Positions 52,830-64,000 of a stretch of 64,000 nucleotides of DNA are shown in pieces. The DNA comes from Octopus vulgaris (taxonomy: Eukaryota). The notes under the pieces are model-generated. The model ran no database searches and had not been told where the DNA came from. It saw nothing but the letters and a program-made list of their open reading frames with translations. Position numbers and translations under genes: made by a program. Position 1 is the first letter of the stretch; each line of letters begins with the position of its first letter. The stretch lies in NCBI GenBank assembly GCA_951406725.2, contig OX597820.1, positions 99,386,001 through 99,450,000 on the forward strand, in the 5' to 3' direction.

Positions 52830-53216
52830 GTGGAGGCACAATGGCCCAGTGGTTAGGGCAGCGGACTCGCGATCATAGGATCACGGTTTCGATTCCCAGA
52901 CCGAGCGTTGTGAGTGTTTATTGAGCGAAAACACCTAAAAGCTCCACGAGGCTCCGGCAGGGATGGTGGTGATCCCTGCTGTACTCTTTCACCACAACTT
53001 TCTCTCACTCTTACTTCCTGTTTCTGTTGTACCTGTATTTCAAGGGGCCGGCCTTGTCACTCTCTGTGTCACGCTGAATATCCCCAAGAACTACGTTAAG
53101 GGTACACGTGTCTGTGGAGTGCTCAGCCACTTACACGTTAATTTCACGAGCAGGCTGTTCCGTTGATTGGATCAACCGGAACCCTCATCGTCATAACCGA
53201 CGGAGTGCTTCCATCC
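52830..53216 (+). mobile_element. tRNA-derived SINE family C, tail type 2, TSD ACTTTTATTGATC
   Basis: Same first ~180 nt as the 36028-36330 copy but a different 3' half; duplication at ~52816 and ~53217. Confidence 0.85.
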
Positions 53217-53453
53217 ACTTTATTGATCCTGAAAGGTTGAAAGGCAAAGTTGACCTTGGTGGAATTTGAACTAAAAACGTAAAGAAGGATGAAATGCTGC
53301 TAAGCATTTTGTCCAGCGTACTAACAATTTGGCCAGCTCACCACCTTAAAGTAGAGATATATATCAACTCTTATTTAATGTCTAAGACTGTGGAATGATC
53401 ACGCTGCCATGAAATCAAAATCAAAATAACATTGGCTTTAGCTTTGCACTTAC

Positions 53454-53593
53454 CAGCAGGTATAATTCCAATAGGTAAGGGACACTTCTTCTCCTGATTT
53501 GATGGTGGATCAATGCTACCATCCTTCTGAACTTTTTGCATCAGGCAAGTCACTGTTTGGCTTACTGAACCATCTCCTCCAACTACAACTACA
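53454..53593 (-). CDS. Ceramide kinase-like exon (140 bp) with GGDG and IGIIPAG motifs
   Basis: VVVVGGDGSVSQTVTCLMQKVQKDGSIDPPSNQEKKCPLPIGIIPA(G); ttacag/gtaagt boundaries; phase 2 to 1. Confidence 0.95.
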
Positions 53594-54805
53594 CTGTAAC
53601 ATCAAACGATAATAATTTATAACATTTGCACAAGAACTCGAATTCTTAACGAATATAGTTGACATATCTTAATAATTAACTGGAATACAACATCATAAAT
53701 TTTAGAGGGTCAAAAACAATGTTGCCCTTAGGAATGTCCGAACTTAAAATGTAAACTAATGCCTTAATATTAAGCGGAAGGCTAGAAATTAAGTGGAAAA
53801 TAGTTGAAGATATTCACCAGTACTTGACCAAGACTTTATCGCTCATGGAAGAAGGAAAAGTGATGTTAATTTTGATGTGATTTGAACTCAGAAAGTAAAG
53901 GACCATAAATAGATATTGGTTTAAATTTTTGACACAAGGCCAGAAATTTCAAGGGGGACGTAAGTTGAATACATTGACCCCAGGGCTCGACTGGTACCTA
54001 TTTTATTGACTGTGAAAGGATGAAAGGCAAAGTCAATCTTGGTGGACTTTGAACTCAGAACTTAAAGACAGATGAAATGCTGCTAAGCATTTTGCCTGGT
54101 GTGCTAACAATTCTGCCAGTTTATCACCTTACCGTAAGTAAATATTGGCTTCAAATTTTGGCACAAGCCCAGCAATTTAAGTGGTGTGGGTAAGTCCTTA
54201 GTGCTCAACTGGTACTTGTTTCATTGCCCTTGAAAGGATGAAAGGCAAAGTTGACTTCAGTGGAATTTGAACTCAGAATGTAAAGACCGACAGAAATGCC
54301 ACTAAGCACTGCCCAGCATGCTAATGATCCTGCCAGCTCACTGCTTTAATTGTAGTAGTAATATAATGTTGTCATTAAGCATAGAGAACAGTATTACCAT
54401 TGTAAGCAGAAGAACTTTCAGCCACTGTATTTTTCCATTGACAGAAACCAGATATCTGCAATTGCTAGAATTCAAACACATTCTGCAAGTGGATGTGAAA
54501 CTGACACTACAACAATAAGTCTGACTACTGTGACCTTCAGAATTCCACAATATTCCACTGCAACTGAACCAAAGATGAAGCTACAATAATGAATCTGACT
54601 AATATAATCTTTAGAATTAAGCAAAATTCCATAGCAACTGAACACAAATTTGACATAATATGTATCAACAGGGTGTTAGAATATCTTTATCTTTTCCGTG
54701 TTTCAATCACTGGGCTGTGTCCATGTAGATGAGACCAAAGTAACTCATACGAACTGTAGACATATGTTGGTTTTATGTTGGGAAAATTGTTAGTTTTACT
54801 CTCAC

Positions 54806-55195
54806 TCTTTTTACTCTTTTACTTGTTTCAGTCATTTGACTGTGACCATGCTGGAGCACCGCCTTTAGTCGAGCAAATTGACCCCAGGACTTATTCTTTG
54901 TAAGCCTAGTACTTATTCTATCGGTCTCTTTTGCCGAACTGCTAAGTAACGGGGACATGAACACACCAGCATCGGTTGTCAAGCGCTGTTGGGAGGACAA
55001 ACACAAGCACATAAACACACACACACACACATATATATACACGACAGGCTTCTTTCAATTTCCGACCATCAAATTCACACAAAAGGCTTTGGTCACCTGG
55101 GGCTTTAGTGGAAAGCTTAAGGTAGAAAGTGTCACATTGTGAGACTGAATGAAAAACCATGTGGTAGGGAAGCAAATTTCTCAACACAGCCATAC
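54806..55195 (-). mobile_element. SINE family B copy
   Basis: Reverse homology. Confidence 0.85.
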
Positions 55196-55380
55196 CTGCA
55201 CATCATCATCATCATTGTCACCGTCACTCACCATCACCATCACCATCATCATCATCATCATTTAATGTCCGTTTTCCATGGGTTGGAGGGTTTGACAGGA
55301 GCTGGCTAGACAGAAGTCTGCACCAGGTATCACTGTCTATTTTGGCAGGGTTTTAATGGCTGGATGCCCTTTCTAATACC

Positions 55381-55612
55381 TATTTCTTTACTACCCACAA
55401 GGGGCTAAACACAGAGAGGACAAACAAGGACAGAGAAACGGATTAAGTCGATTATATTGACCCCGGTGCGTAACTGGTACTTATTTGATCGACCCCGAAA
55501 GGATGAAAGGCAAAGTCGACCTCGGCGGGATTTGAACTCAGAACGTAACTGCCGACAAAATACGGCTACACATTTCGCCCGGCGTGCTAACGATTCTGCC
55601 AGCTCGCCGCCT
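55381..55612 (-). mobile_element. SINE family A copy inserted in an RTE tail, TSD TTTTCTAATACC
   Basis: Homology; duplication at ~55369 and ~55612. Confidence 0.85.
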
Positions 55613-55899
55613 TTTCTAATACCAACCACTCCACAGAGTGGACTTATAATAATATGTGTGACAATGATGCTTCTTTCTAAATTTGGCACAAGGCCAGCAT
55701 TTGGAAGAACGGAGGCAACTTGATACCAGTGATCTCAGTACTTGACTGATAATTATTTTATTGACCCTGAAAGGATGAAAGGCAAAGTTGACCGTGGCAG
55801 AATTTGAACTCAGAACATAAAAAGCTATATGAAATGCTGCTAAGCCTTTTGTTTGATGCACTAACAGTTCTACTATCTTGTTCCTTTAATAGTAATAAT

Positions 55900-56225
55900 A
55901 TGGCTCAGTGGTTAGAGCATCAGGCTTACAGTCGTGAGATTGTGAGTTCAAATCCTGGATTTGGGCTGTGTTGTTTTCTTGAGCAAGACACTTTATTTCA
56001 CGTTGCTCCAGTTCACTTAGCTGTAGAAATGAGTTGCGACATCACTGGTGCTAAATTGCATTGTCCTTTGCCTTTCCCTTGGATAATATCGGTGTCTTGG
56101 AGAGGGGAGGTTCGTATGCACAAGTGATTGCTGGACTTCCATAAACAACCTTGCCTAGACTTGTGCTTCGGAGGGTAACTTTCTAGGCACAATGCTGTGG
56201 TCATTCACGACTGAGGGGGATCTTT
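55900..56225 (+). mobile_element. SINE family D copy
   Basis: TGGCTCAGTGG A box, GTTCAAATCC B box. Confidence 0.75.
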
Positions 56226-56298
56226 ATCTTTCTTTTTACAGATTTTAATAATTTCTGCTACTGGAAATGTCAATCACAATCGTTTTTGAAACAATTAC

Positions 56299-56694
56299 CC
56301 TTTTACTCGTTTCAGTCATTTGACTGCGGCCATGCTGGAGCACCGCCTTTGGTCGATCAAATTCTTTGTAAGCCCAGTACTTATTCTATCGGTTTCTTTT
56401 GCCAAACCGCTAATTGACGGGGACGTAAACACACCAGCATCGGTTGTCAAGCAATGCTAGGGGGACAAACACAGACACATAACCCCCCCCCACACACACA
56501 CACACATATATACACATATATACATATATACGACAGGCTTCTTTCAGTTTCCGTCTACCAAATCCACTCACAAGGCATTGGTCGGCCCGGGGCTATAGCA
56601 GAAGACACTTGCCCAAGATGCCATGCAGTGGGACTGAACCCGGAACCATGTGGTTGGTTAGCAAGCTACTTACCACACAGCCACTCCTGTGCCT
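56299..56694 (-). mobile_element. SINE family B copy
   Basis: Reverse homology. Confidence 0.88.
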
Positions 56695-56937
56695 ATTGCA
56701 AACTATTTTGCAAACTATTTCGTTGGATATTCTACAGGTTTTGACAATCTTCTCCTTTAAGTATTTCAAATATAAGTGCAAGGTCATAGCATTTTTGGCT
56801 GAGAATGTTAGTAACAGAAACTCAATTTATCAAAATAAAGTCAATTCCAGCAAGAATTTTTGTCTGCTCTACCTATTCAGTCTCTGCAATGTCCAGTTAT
56901 AAATATAATGATAAAAAATAATCAGTTATATATATAC

Positions 56938-57001
56938 CCATTGAATTGAGCTAGATCCTTGTTCTGTATTACAGTTGGTAGGTCATTTGTTTCAGATAAA
57001 A
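56938..57001 (-). CDS. Ceramide kinase-like exon (64 bp)
   Basis: (I)LSETNDLPTVIQNKDLAQFN(G); ttttctag acceptor, gtatat donor; phase 1 to 2 bridges the flanking exons. Confidence 0.82.
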
Positions 57002-57702
57002 CTAGAAAAATATAAGGAAAAGGGAAAATTAAGATATTAAGATAGAGAGATAGAAAAATATAAGGGGCAAAAAAGAAAGGCTGGCTAAAAGACATAAATT
57101 TTAAAAGAGAAAGAAAGAGAGAAGAAAACAAATACAAAAATCTGTAAAGTTAGAAACAAGCAAGCTATTAAAGATGGAAAGAAGAAAGTAAGGAAAGAAA
57201 TGAAGGCAATAGGACGAAATAAAAGGAAAACAGGGAAAGAAAAGAAAGTGTGAAAGGATGAAATATACAGGCCAGTAAGTTAGAAAGGGGGCAAGAGAGA
57301 CAGAAGAAATAAAGGAGAAAGCTTCTTTCCAAGTCATACAGACAGGCTCATCGGACTAGTTTTCCAGATTCTGTGGTGTATATATTCCCTGCTGGATAGG
57401 ATAAGATCCATTATAGAAATACACTCTTTTGTCAGCAACACAAAATTAAGTGTTTTGCTCAAGAATTCAATGCATTATCTGATCCAGGAATCAATACCAC
57501 AATCTTATGATCATGAGTCATAACCACGAAGACATGCAGCTTTACAGACAGAAGAAAGAGGAAAGCGAAAAATTCTCAAGTTTATGAAATATAGCAAAGA
57601 GGGAGTGGAAAGAACAGACCCATTACTACCAAATACTAAAAAAGGTGAAGAAAACAAGAGAGGAAGAGCAAGAGGTGGAGAAGAGAGGATTTGATTACTT
57701 AC

Positions 57703-57825
57703 TTGTGATGTCGCAACTTATTCCAGCAATTTCAAATATAGACTTAGCAGAGGAAAATATCTTTGAGGCATTTCCTGCTCCAGAATAGGGGTTGAGTAGA
57801 ACCATGAGTTTACGAGGTCGCTGAA
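57703..57825 (-). CDS. Ceramide kinase-like exon (123 bp), start of the DAGKc domain; most 5' exon identified
   Basis: QRPRKLMVLLNPYSGAGNASKIFSSAKSIFEIAGISCDIT (RP..L.V..NP..G motif); ttacag/gtaagt boundaries; phase 1 to 1. Confidence 0.95.
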
Positions 57826-57945
57826 CTGTAATAGAAAAAAAGACAAAAAAAAAAAGGATCAAATCAGTATGCATGTATGCTTATTTCTTTGCATAGGTGA
57901 GTGTATGTATGTATGCATGAATGCTTGTCTTGGGTATGGCATTAA

Positions 57946-58165
57946 CCCTTTCGTTACCAACCCGGCTGAAACCGGCTCTGGCTCTAAGTATAAATGTCTT
58001 GTTTTCATAAGTTTTGAATTAAAATCTTCCACCAAACCTTAGACACAATTTATGTTTCTAACACTAGCTGAATGATAACAAAGTTATTTTACTAAATTCT
58101 TTGTTATATTTAAAGTAATTGAAAGAAAAACAGAGCATCTCGAAATAAATACAGTAACGAAAGGG
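57946..58165. mobile_element. piggyBac-like MITE
   Basis: TTAA|CCCTTTCGTTAC...GTAACGAAAGGG|TTAA. Confidence 0.88.
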
Positions 58166-58520
58166 TTAAACTGCATCTATTGGTGGGACGCGAGTTCAGG
58201 GGTTCTGGAATTGTGGGGAGTGTGGAATCACCCCTTAACTACCAATACTCCCAAGTCCATTCTGACCCAGGACAGTAGTATCTATCAGGGTCCCGTCTAT
58301 AGGTTAAATAGGTTTCTTAGGGGTAGAGAAGGCTCCCATTATTTTTCATAAGGCCATGGAGAAGGCAGCTCTTCTAGGAGAAAGATATTCTGATGAAACT
58401 TGCAGTCAAAATAGTGGCGGTCATCTTACAATACTTGTCACTGGAACCAACTACGGTGACAGGGAAAGTGGCAAAAGTGTTGCACATGCTTTTGGTCTTT
58501 AAATTTGATAAAATACATAT

Positions 58521-58890
58521 AGGCATAGGAGTGGCTGTGTGGTAAGTAGCTTGCTTATGAACCACATGGTTCTGGGTTCAATCCCACTGCATGGCACCTT
58601 GGACATGTGAGTGGATTTGGTAGACGGAAACTGAAAGAAGCCTGTCGTATATATGTATATATGTGTGTGTGTGTGTGTAAAATTGTGTGTCTGTGTTTGT
58701 CCCCTCAACATTGCTTGACAACCAATGCTGGTGTGTTTATGTCCCCGTAACTAAGCGGTTTGGCAAACGTGACCGATAGAATAAGTACTAGGCTTACAAA
58801 GAATAAGTCCTGTGGTCGATTTGCTCGACTAAATGCGGTGCTCCAGCATGGCCACAGTCAAATGACTGAAACAAGAGAAAGAGAGAAAAG
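58521..58890 (+). mobile_element. SINE family B copy (internal deletion)
   Basis: Homology. Confidence 0.87.
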
Positions 58891-59433
58891 ATGTTTCACT
58901 ATCATTTCATTTCTTGACCCATTTTGTATTTTATAAAGTCCTATGGTGATGGGTTACTTGACATGAAAAGCCATATCTGTGCACATGCAAGGATGAAAGT
59001 AAATCAGAACAATCAGGTTGAATATGAAATAGCTATCATCTGACAAGATGAGGCACTCATCATATTTGTATGTATGTATGCTTCTGTACAGTATATATAT
59101 TTGTAAAATTACTAGTGTGTTAACAGTGTTTAGTTTCATTGTACTTTAAACATATCAATAGATTTTTAACCAACATTTACATGCTACAATGAATAGAAAC
59201 ATTATGTCAACACACATAGTATGTTTGCAGATAACTGTATACATTGCATGTTTCAAATCTGCTTGATGTTTCATTAGTAGCTGTGTATCTTACTTAACTA
59301 TCCACAGACACACTGCCTATAAACCCACTGATATTAATGGCTAGAGTAAATTGGGTATAATAATTTGCATATTTAACACTTCCTTGGAAGTGAAATTGAA
59401 AATTAACTTACTGGTGTGTTTGTGTATATCACT

Positions 59434-59740
59434 ATACTAGCAGTATCGCCCGGCGTTGCTCGGGTTTGTTTTGACCCTTTAGAATTGGAAATTTTGAAAA
59501 GTAAAAAGTTTGCATTATGTAGCTTGTTATTCTCTTTAAGTGAACATTTTTCTGGTTGAAATACACCGAAATGGCAACACAGCAGTCAAAAAATCGTAGA
59601 AAATAGGGATTTTCATAGAAAAAAAGCACCTTTTTGATGTAAATAATTTTTGGTGTTAACATGGTCTGATTTGAATTTTATCTTCTATGGAAGGAAGAGC
59701 AAGCCTTCTATCATACTCTCAATTTCGGTCAACTTATACA
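59434..59740 (+). mobile_element. Probable non-autonomous Helitron/Helentron-type element, one end
   Basis: Begins ATACTAGCAGTATCGCCCGGCGTTGCTCGGG (CTAG plus a GC-rich subterminal hairpin), as in DINE/HINE-like elements. Confidence 0.5.
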
Positions 59741-60141
59741 TATTATTCTAAAAATAATCGGTCACATCATTGAAATAATATCATTGAAGTTAAAAGGTAA
59801 TGCACAATTCATTCAAAACAATAGGAATAAATAAGGATTACATTTGACAGAGAAATCTGAATGTTAAAGGGTTAAAGGGAGTTAATCATTCTTTTTATTC
59901 TACTCTTTAATTTTTTTGAAGAATAGAAAAAAAAGGTTAGATGTCCTTCCCTTGTCACTACGTTTACCAGATATTTCTCCCAGCAACAGACATAAAAGCT
60001 GACCCCACTGCTCAACTGGTACTTATTTTATTAACTCCATAAGAATGAAAGAAAAATTAAAAGATCTCAGTGAAATTTGAAGTCAGAAATGCCATCAAAT
60101 ATATTGTCTGGTGTGCTAACAATTCTTTTCCTATTAGCTAT

Positions 60142-60372
60142 TATTTCTTTATTGCCCACAAGGGGCTAAACATAGAGGGGACGAACAAGGACAGACAAAC
60201 GCATTAAGTCGATTATATCGACCCCAGTGCGTAACTGGTACCTAATTTATCGACTCTGAAAGGATGAAAGGCAAAGTCGACCTCGGTGGAATTTGAACTC
60301 AGAGCGTAGTGGCAGATGAAATATCGCTAAGCATTTCACCCAGCGTGCTAATGTTTCTGCCAGCTCGCCGCC
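60142..60372 (-). mobile_element. SINE family A copy, TSD TTT(T/C)CCTATTAGC
   Basis: Homology and flanking duplication. Confidence 0.85.
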
Positions 60373-60413
60373 TTTCCCTATTAGCAATATTAGCCTAAAC
60401 ACATTCCTAATAA

Positions 60414-60847
60414 CAGGTTGCCATTGACTTACAAAGTTACGACCGATTGACTTTACGATGATTGATGCACCAGCTCCTAGCAGCAATAATAAATAGTCCA
60501 GTTGAAATCTAATGGATTTAATTTTTTAGAAATAAACCCATCTACAGATGATGTCAGCTAACAAACGGTTCCCCTAGGTTTGTTATCATTGCCACTGTGT
60601 TGGATGGCAATCCCGTCACAGAGACATCGAGGGAACCTTGTATTTGTTTTTATAAGATGACCACTTGAGACTCCCAAATTTCTGACCAGTGCCAGTATAA
60701 TAGTATAATACAGAATGCTGTGTGTGACTTTTACCTGAGAAAGTATCTTAAGAATGTAAAAATATAAAGCAAAGCTACGTAGGCCTACAGGCTGACTTAC
60801 GACCTGTCAGTTGGAACCAATTGTGGTCATAAGTTGATGACGACCTG
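60414..60847. mobile_element. Old Tigger/pogo-like MITE
   Basis: Left CAGGTTGCCATTGACTTA versus reverse complement of right end CAGGTCGTCATCAACTTA; internal ACTT(T)ACGA repeats. Confidence 0.55.
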
Positions 60848-60963
60848 TGCATCAATTTGTACAATATGTGGACTTACTCTAAAAAATAATTTTTCTCTGT
60901 TTTATTATTTAGTGTTTCTTTTCTATCATGTACATTTTCACAGGTTTCAGTCTTTGGATTCCA

Positions 60964-61230
60964 ACCATCCTAGGACACTGCTAATGTTTACTTTAGTATT
61001 ACTAATTAATCTCTCTCTCTCCTTCTCTATCTTCCCATCCTCTCTCTTTCTCTGTCTGTCTGTCTGTCTGTCTGTCTGTATGTATGTATGTATGTATGTA
61101 TGTATATATATATATACATACATACAGATAGCTAGATAGAGAGAGAGAGAGAGGGGGGGGGAAATAGAGAAGGAGAGAGAGAGATTAATTAGTAATACTA
61201 AAGTAAACATTAGCAGTGTCCTAGGATGGT
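60964..61230. repeat. Palindrome centred on a (TA)n tract
   Basis: ACCATCCTAGGACACTGCTAATGTTTACTTTAGTATTACTAATTAATCTCTCTC.. is mirrored at 61160-61230. Confidence 0.9.
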
Positions 61231-61899
61231 ATGATTATGATTCTGCCATCTCACATTATATGCATGTACATTTGTGTACAAATACATGTATGCAAATAAG
61301 TAGTTCAGGGGAAATAACATTGTAAACAAAGCCATTCCTTTATGACTGAAAAAGGAGGTTTGAAATTTGATGGAAGATTTAGGCAGATTGAGATATCTAC
61401 ATATATATAGATATTATGAAGATTTTGTGGTGCAAACTCGAGTAAAAATGGATAAATTAGTAATTACATATATTTTAAATATATCTTGGTTCATATATAT
61501 ATATATATAAATGGATGAATGAATTATATATATATATATAAGTAAATAAATGGAGTTGAATGCCGGTGTTATTCAAATTTTCCATGTTAACTGTAAACAA
61601 AGGATAATTCATTCATCCATTTATATATATATATGAACCAAGATATATTTAAAATATATATAATTACTAATTTATCCATTTTTACTCGAGTTTGCACCCC
61701 AAAATCTTCATAATATCTATATATATGTAGATATCTCAATCTGCCTAAATCTTCCATCAAATTTCAAACCTCCTTTTTCAATCATAAAGGAATGGCTTTG
61801 TTTACAATGTTATTTCCCCTGAACTACTTATTTGCTTACATCTATTTGTACACAAATGTACATGCATATAATGTGAGATGACAGAATCATTATCATGCC
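61228..61899. repeat. Large inverted repeat (~300-bp arms, 76-nt spacer)
   Basis: 61228-61527 is the reverse complement of 61604-61899 with scattered mismatches. Confidence 0.92.
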
Positions 61900-62035
61900 A
61901 GACAAAATGGTTGGTGACATTTTGTCCATTTTTACCTTCTGAATTTAAATTCTGTCAAGGTGAACTTTGCATTCCATCCTTATAGGGGTCAATTAAAAGA
62001 GTACCAGTTGAGCAATGAGATTGACGTAAATAAAT

Positions 62036-62402
62036 AGGCGGCGGTGGCCGATGCCAGCGCCGCCTAGACTGGCATCCGTGCCGGTGGCACGTAAAAAGCA
62101 CCATCTGAACGTGGCCGATGCCAGCGCCACCTCGACTGGCTTTTGTGCCGGTGGCACGTAAAATGCACCAATCCGATCGTGGCCGTTGCCAGCCTTGCCT
62201 GGCACCTGTGCCGGTGGCACGTAAAAAGCACCCACTACACTCACGGAGTGGTTGGCGTTAGGAAGGGCATCCAGCTGTAGAAACACTGCCAGATCAGACT
62301 GGAGCCTGGTGCAGCCTTCTGGCTTCTCAGATCCCCGGTCGAACCGTCCAACCCATGCTAGCATGGAGAACGGACGTTAAACGATGATGATGATGATGAT
62401 GA
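62036..62402 (+). mobile_element. RTE 3'UTR (three ~57-bp units) and (GAT)n tail
   Basis: Repeated GTGCCGGTGGCACGTAAAA.GCACC; tail matches 46350-46513. Confidence 0.85.
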
Positions 62403-63042
62403 AATAGCTCCCACTCCCAAATTTCATGCTTGTGCCTCTAGTAGAAACAATATTTCATTGTTGTTATCATCATCATCATCATCATAATTCAACATCCATT
62501 TTCCATACTGGCAGGGTTGGATGGTTTGACAGGGGCTGGCAAGCCAAAGTGCTGCACCAGGTTCCAGTTGTCTGTTGTGGCATGGTTTCCATGGTTGGAT
62601 GCTCTTTCTAACACCAACCACTTTACAGACAGTGTGTACTGGTTGCCTTTTACATGGCACCAGCACAGGTGCTTTAAACATGGCACCAGCATGGGTGTTT
62701 TTAAATGGTACACAGAGAGTCAACATTTGAAATACTGATATAGGGAAGATAATAAGTAATAAAATTAATAAAATGGTTTATTATAGAAGGGAGGAAAGAG
62801 ATTTAGCAAGATATCAAAAAGTAAACAGTGGAAGAGAAGGATATTTATAATATGATATAGATGGAAAGTTATATATCATTAATAACCTTTCTCTAGTTTC
62901 ATTTATTTTCTCTCTACTATTTTTATTTCTTTACTAATGATAAATACATCATTTATCATCATACTGTATATAGCCTTCTCTTCTATCACAGTAATCAACT
63001 GTTTTCATTTTAATATTTTGTAAATCTCTCTCATTCCTTCTC

Positions 63043-63456
63043 TCTTTTACTCTTTACTCTTTTACTTGTTTCAGTCATTTGACTGCGGCCATGCTGGAGC
63101 ACCGCCTTTAGTCAATCAAATCAACCCCGGGACTTATTCTTTGTAAGCCCAGTATTTATTCTATCGGTCTCTTTTGCCGAACCGCTAAGTGACGAGGACG
63201 TAAACACACCAGCATCGGTTGTCAAGCAATGCTAGGGGGACAAACACAGACACGCAAACATATACACACACACACATATATATACATATATACGACAGGC
63301 TTCTTTCAGTTTCCGTCTACCAAATCCACTCACAAGGCATTGGTCGGCCCGGGGCTATAGCAGAAGACACTTGCCCAAGATGCCACGCAGTGGGACTGAA
63401 CCCGGAACCATGTGGTTGGTTAGCAAGCTACTTACCACACAGCCACTCCTGCGCCT
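63043..63456 (-). mobile_element. SINE family B copy (young)
   Basis: Reverse homology, CpGs largely intact. Confidence 0.9.
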
Positions 63457-63611
63457 ATGTAGTAAATTACTTTATTAATTTTATTACCTATTGTCTTCCA
63501 TATATTAATATTCAAATGTTGACTCTGTGTTTGTATATATGTACGGTATTAACAAGATACTATGCTCTCTCCCCTTAGTTTTCTGTACTTTTTGTACTCC
63601 ATGTAAATTTA

Positions 63612-63985
63612 GCCATGACTGTGCCCATGCTGGGGCACAGCCTTGAAGAATTTTTAGCTGGATGTATTAAACACAGTACTTATTTTTTTAAAAGTCCAGT
63701 ACTTATTCTATTGATATCTTTTGCCGAACTGCTCAGTTACAGGGATGTAAATACACCAACACTAATTATCAAGTGGTGGTGGGGGACAAACACAGACATG
63801 AAGACATACACACAGACACACATATATATACATGATGACCTTATTTCAGTTCCTGTCTACTAATACCACTCATAAGTCTTTGGTTGGCCTGGGGCTATAA
63901 CAGAAGACACTTGCCTAAAGTGCCACTCAGTGGGAGTGAACCTGGAACCATGTGGTTGGGAAGCAAGCTTCTTACCACACAGTCA
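63612..63985 (-). mobile_element. SINE family B copy (older)
   Basis: Diverged reverse homology. Confidence 0.75.
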
Positions 63986-64000
63986 AGTCTGCACTCTCTA

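Larger units (their letters stand above)
52580..54345 (-). mobile_element. Cluster of degenerate SINE family A copies (around the 53454-53593 exon)
   Basis: Repeated TGAAAGGATGAAAGGCAAAGT..GAATTTGAACTCAGAA segments. Confidence 0.7.

Noticed and set aside
52830-52905. tRNA gene
   Set aside because: The A/B boxes belong to a SINE head that continues into a repeat body with a TSD. The same holds for the other SINE heads.
57830-64000. Upstream (PH-domain/start) exons of the CERKL-like gene
   Set aside because: No segment with convincing splice sites, phase-1 end and homology was recognised; the candidate at 60735-60878 has stops and overlaps a MITE.

Overview
AT-rich, repeat-dense eukaryotic DNA, most likely an octopus (coleoid cephalopod). 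This is an inference from the tandem C2H2-ZNF gene type, the tRNA-derived SINE families, RTE LINEs and the microsatellite load. Three protein-coding loci could be read by hand. (1) First coding exon of ASNA1/GET3 (minus, 3062-3174; the rest lies left of the window). (2) A single-coding-exon 477-aa tandem C2H2 zinc-finger gene (plus, 21537-22970). (3) Ten phase-compatible exons of a ceramide-kinase-like (CERKL/CERK family) gene (minus, 57825 to 34626; its 5' part was not found). The rest is SINEs, RTE/CR1 LINE fragments, Penelope-like (PLE) GIY-YIG relics, MITEs, a probable solo LTR and long (TA)n tracts. The most striking unannotated feature is a ~440-bp insertion at 28569-29005, flanked by a 12-bp target-site duplication (TSD). 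It carries a type-I hammerhead ribozyme inside a long rod-like fold, plus an inverted segment that joins the element's end to its start, which implies a ~350-nt circular or multimeric RNA template (retrozyme-like). Several (TA)n-associated fold-back elements, some with degenerate hammerhead cores, also occur in the window. Repeat boundaries are approximate. Exon boundaries were counted base by base. No database searches or folding programs were run.
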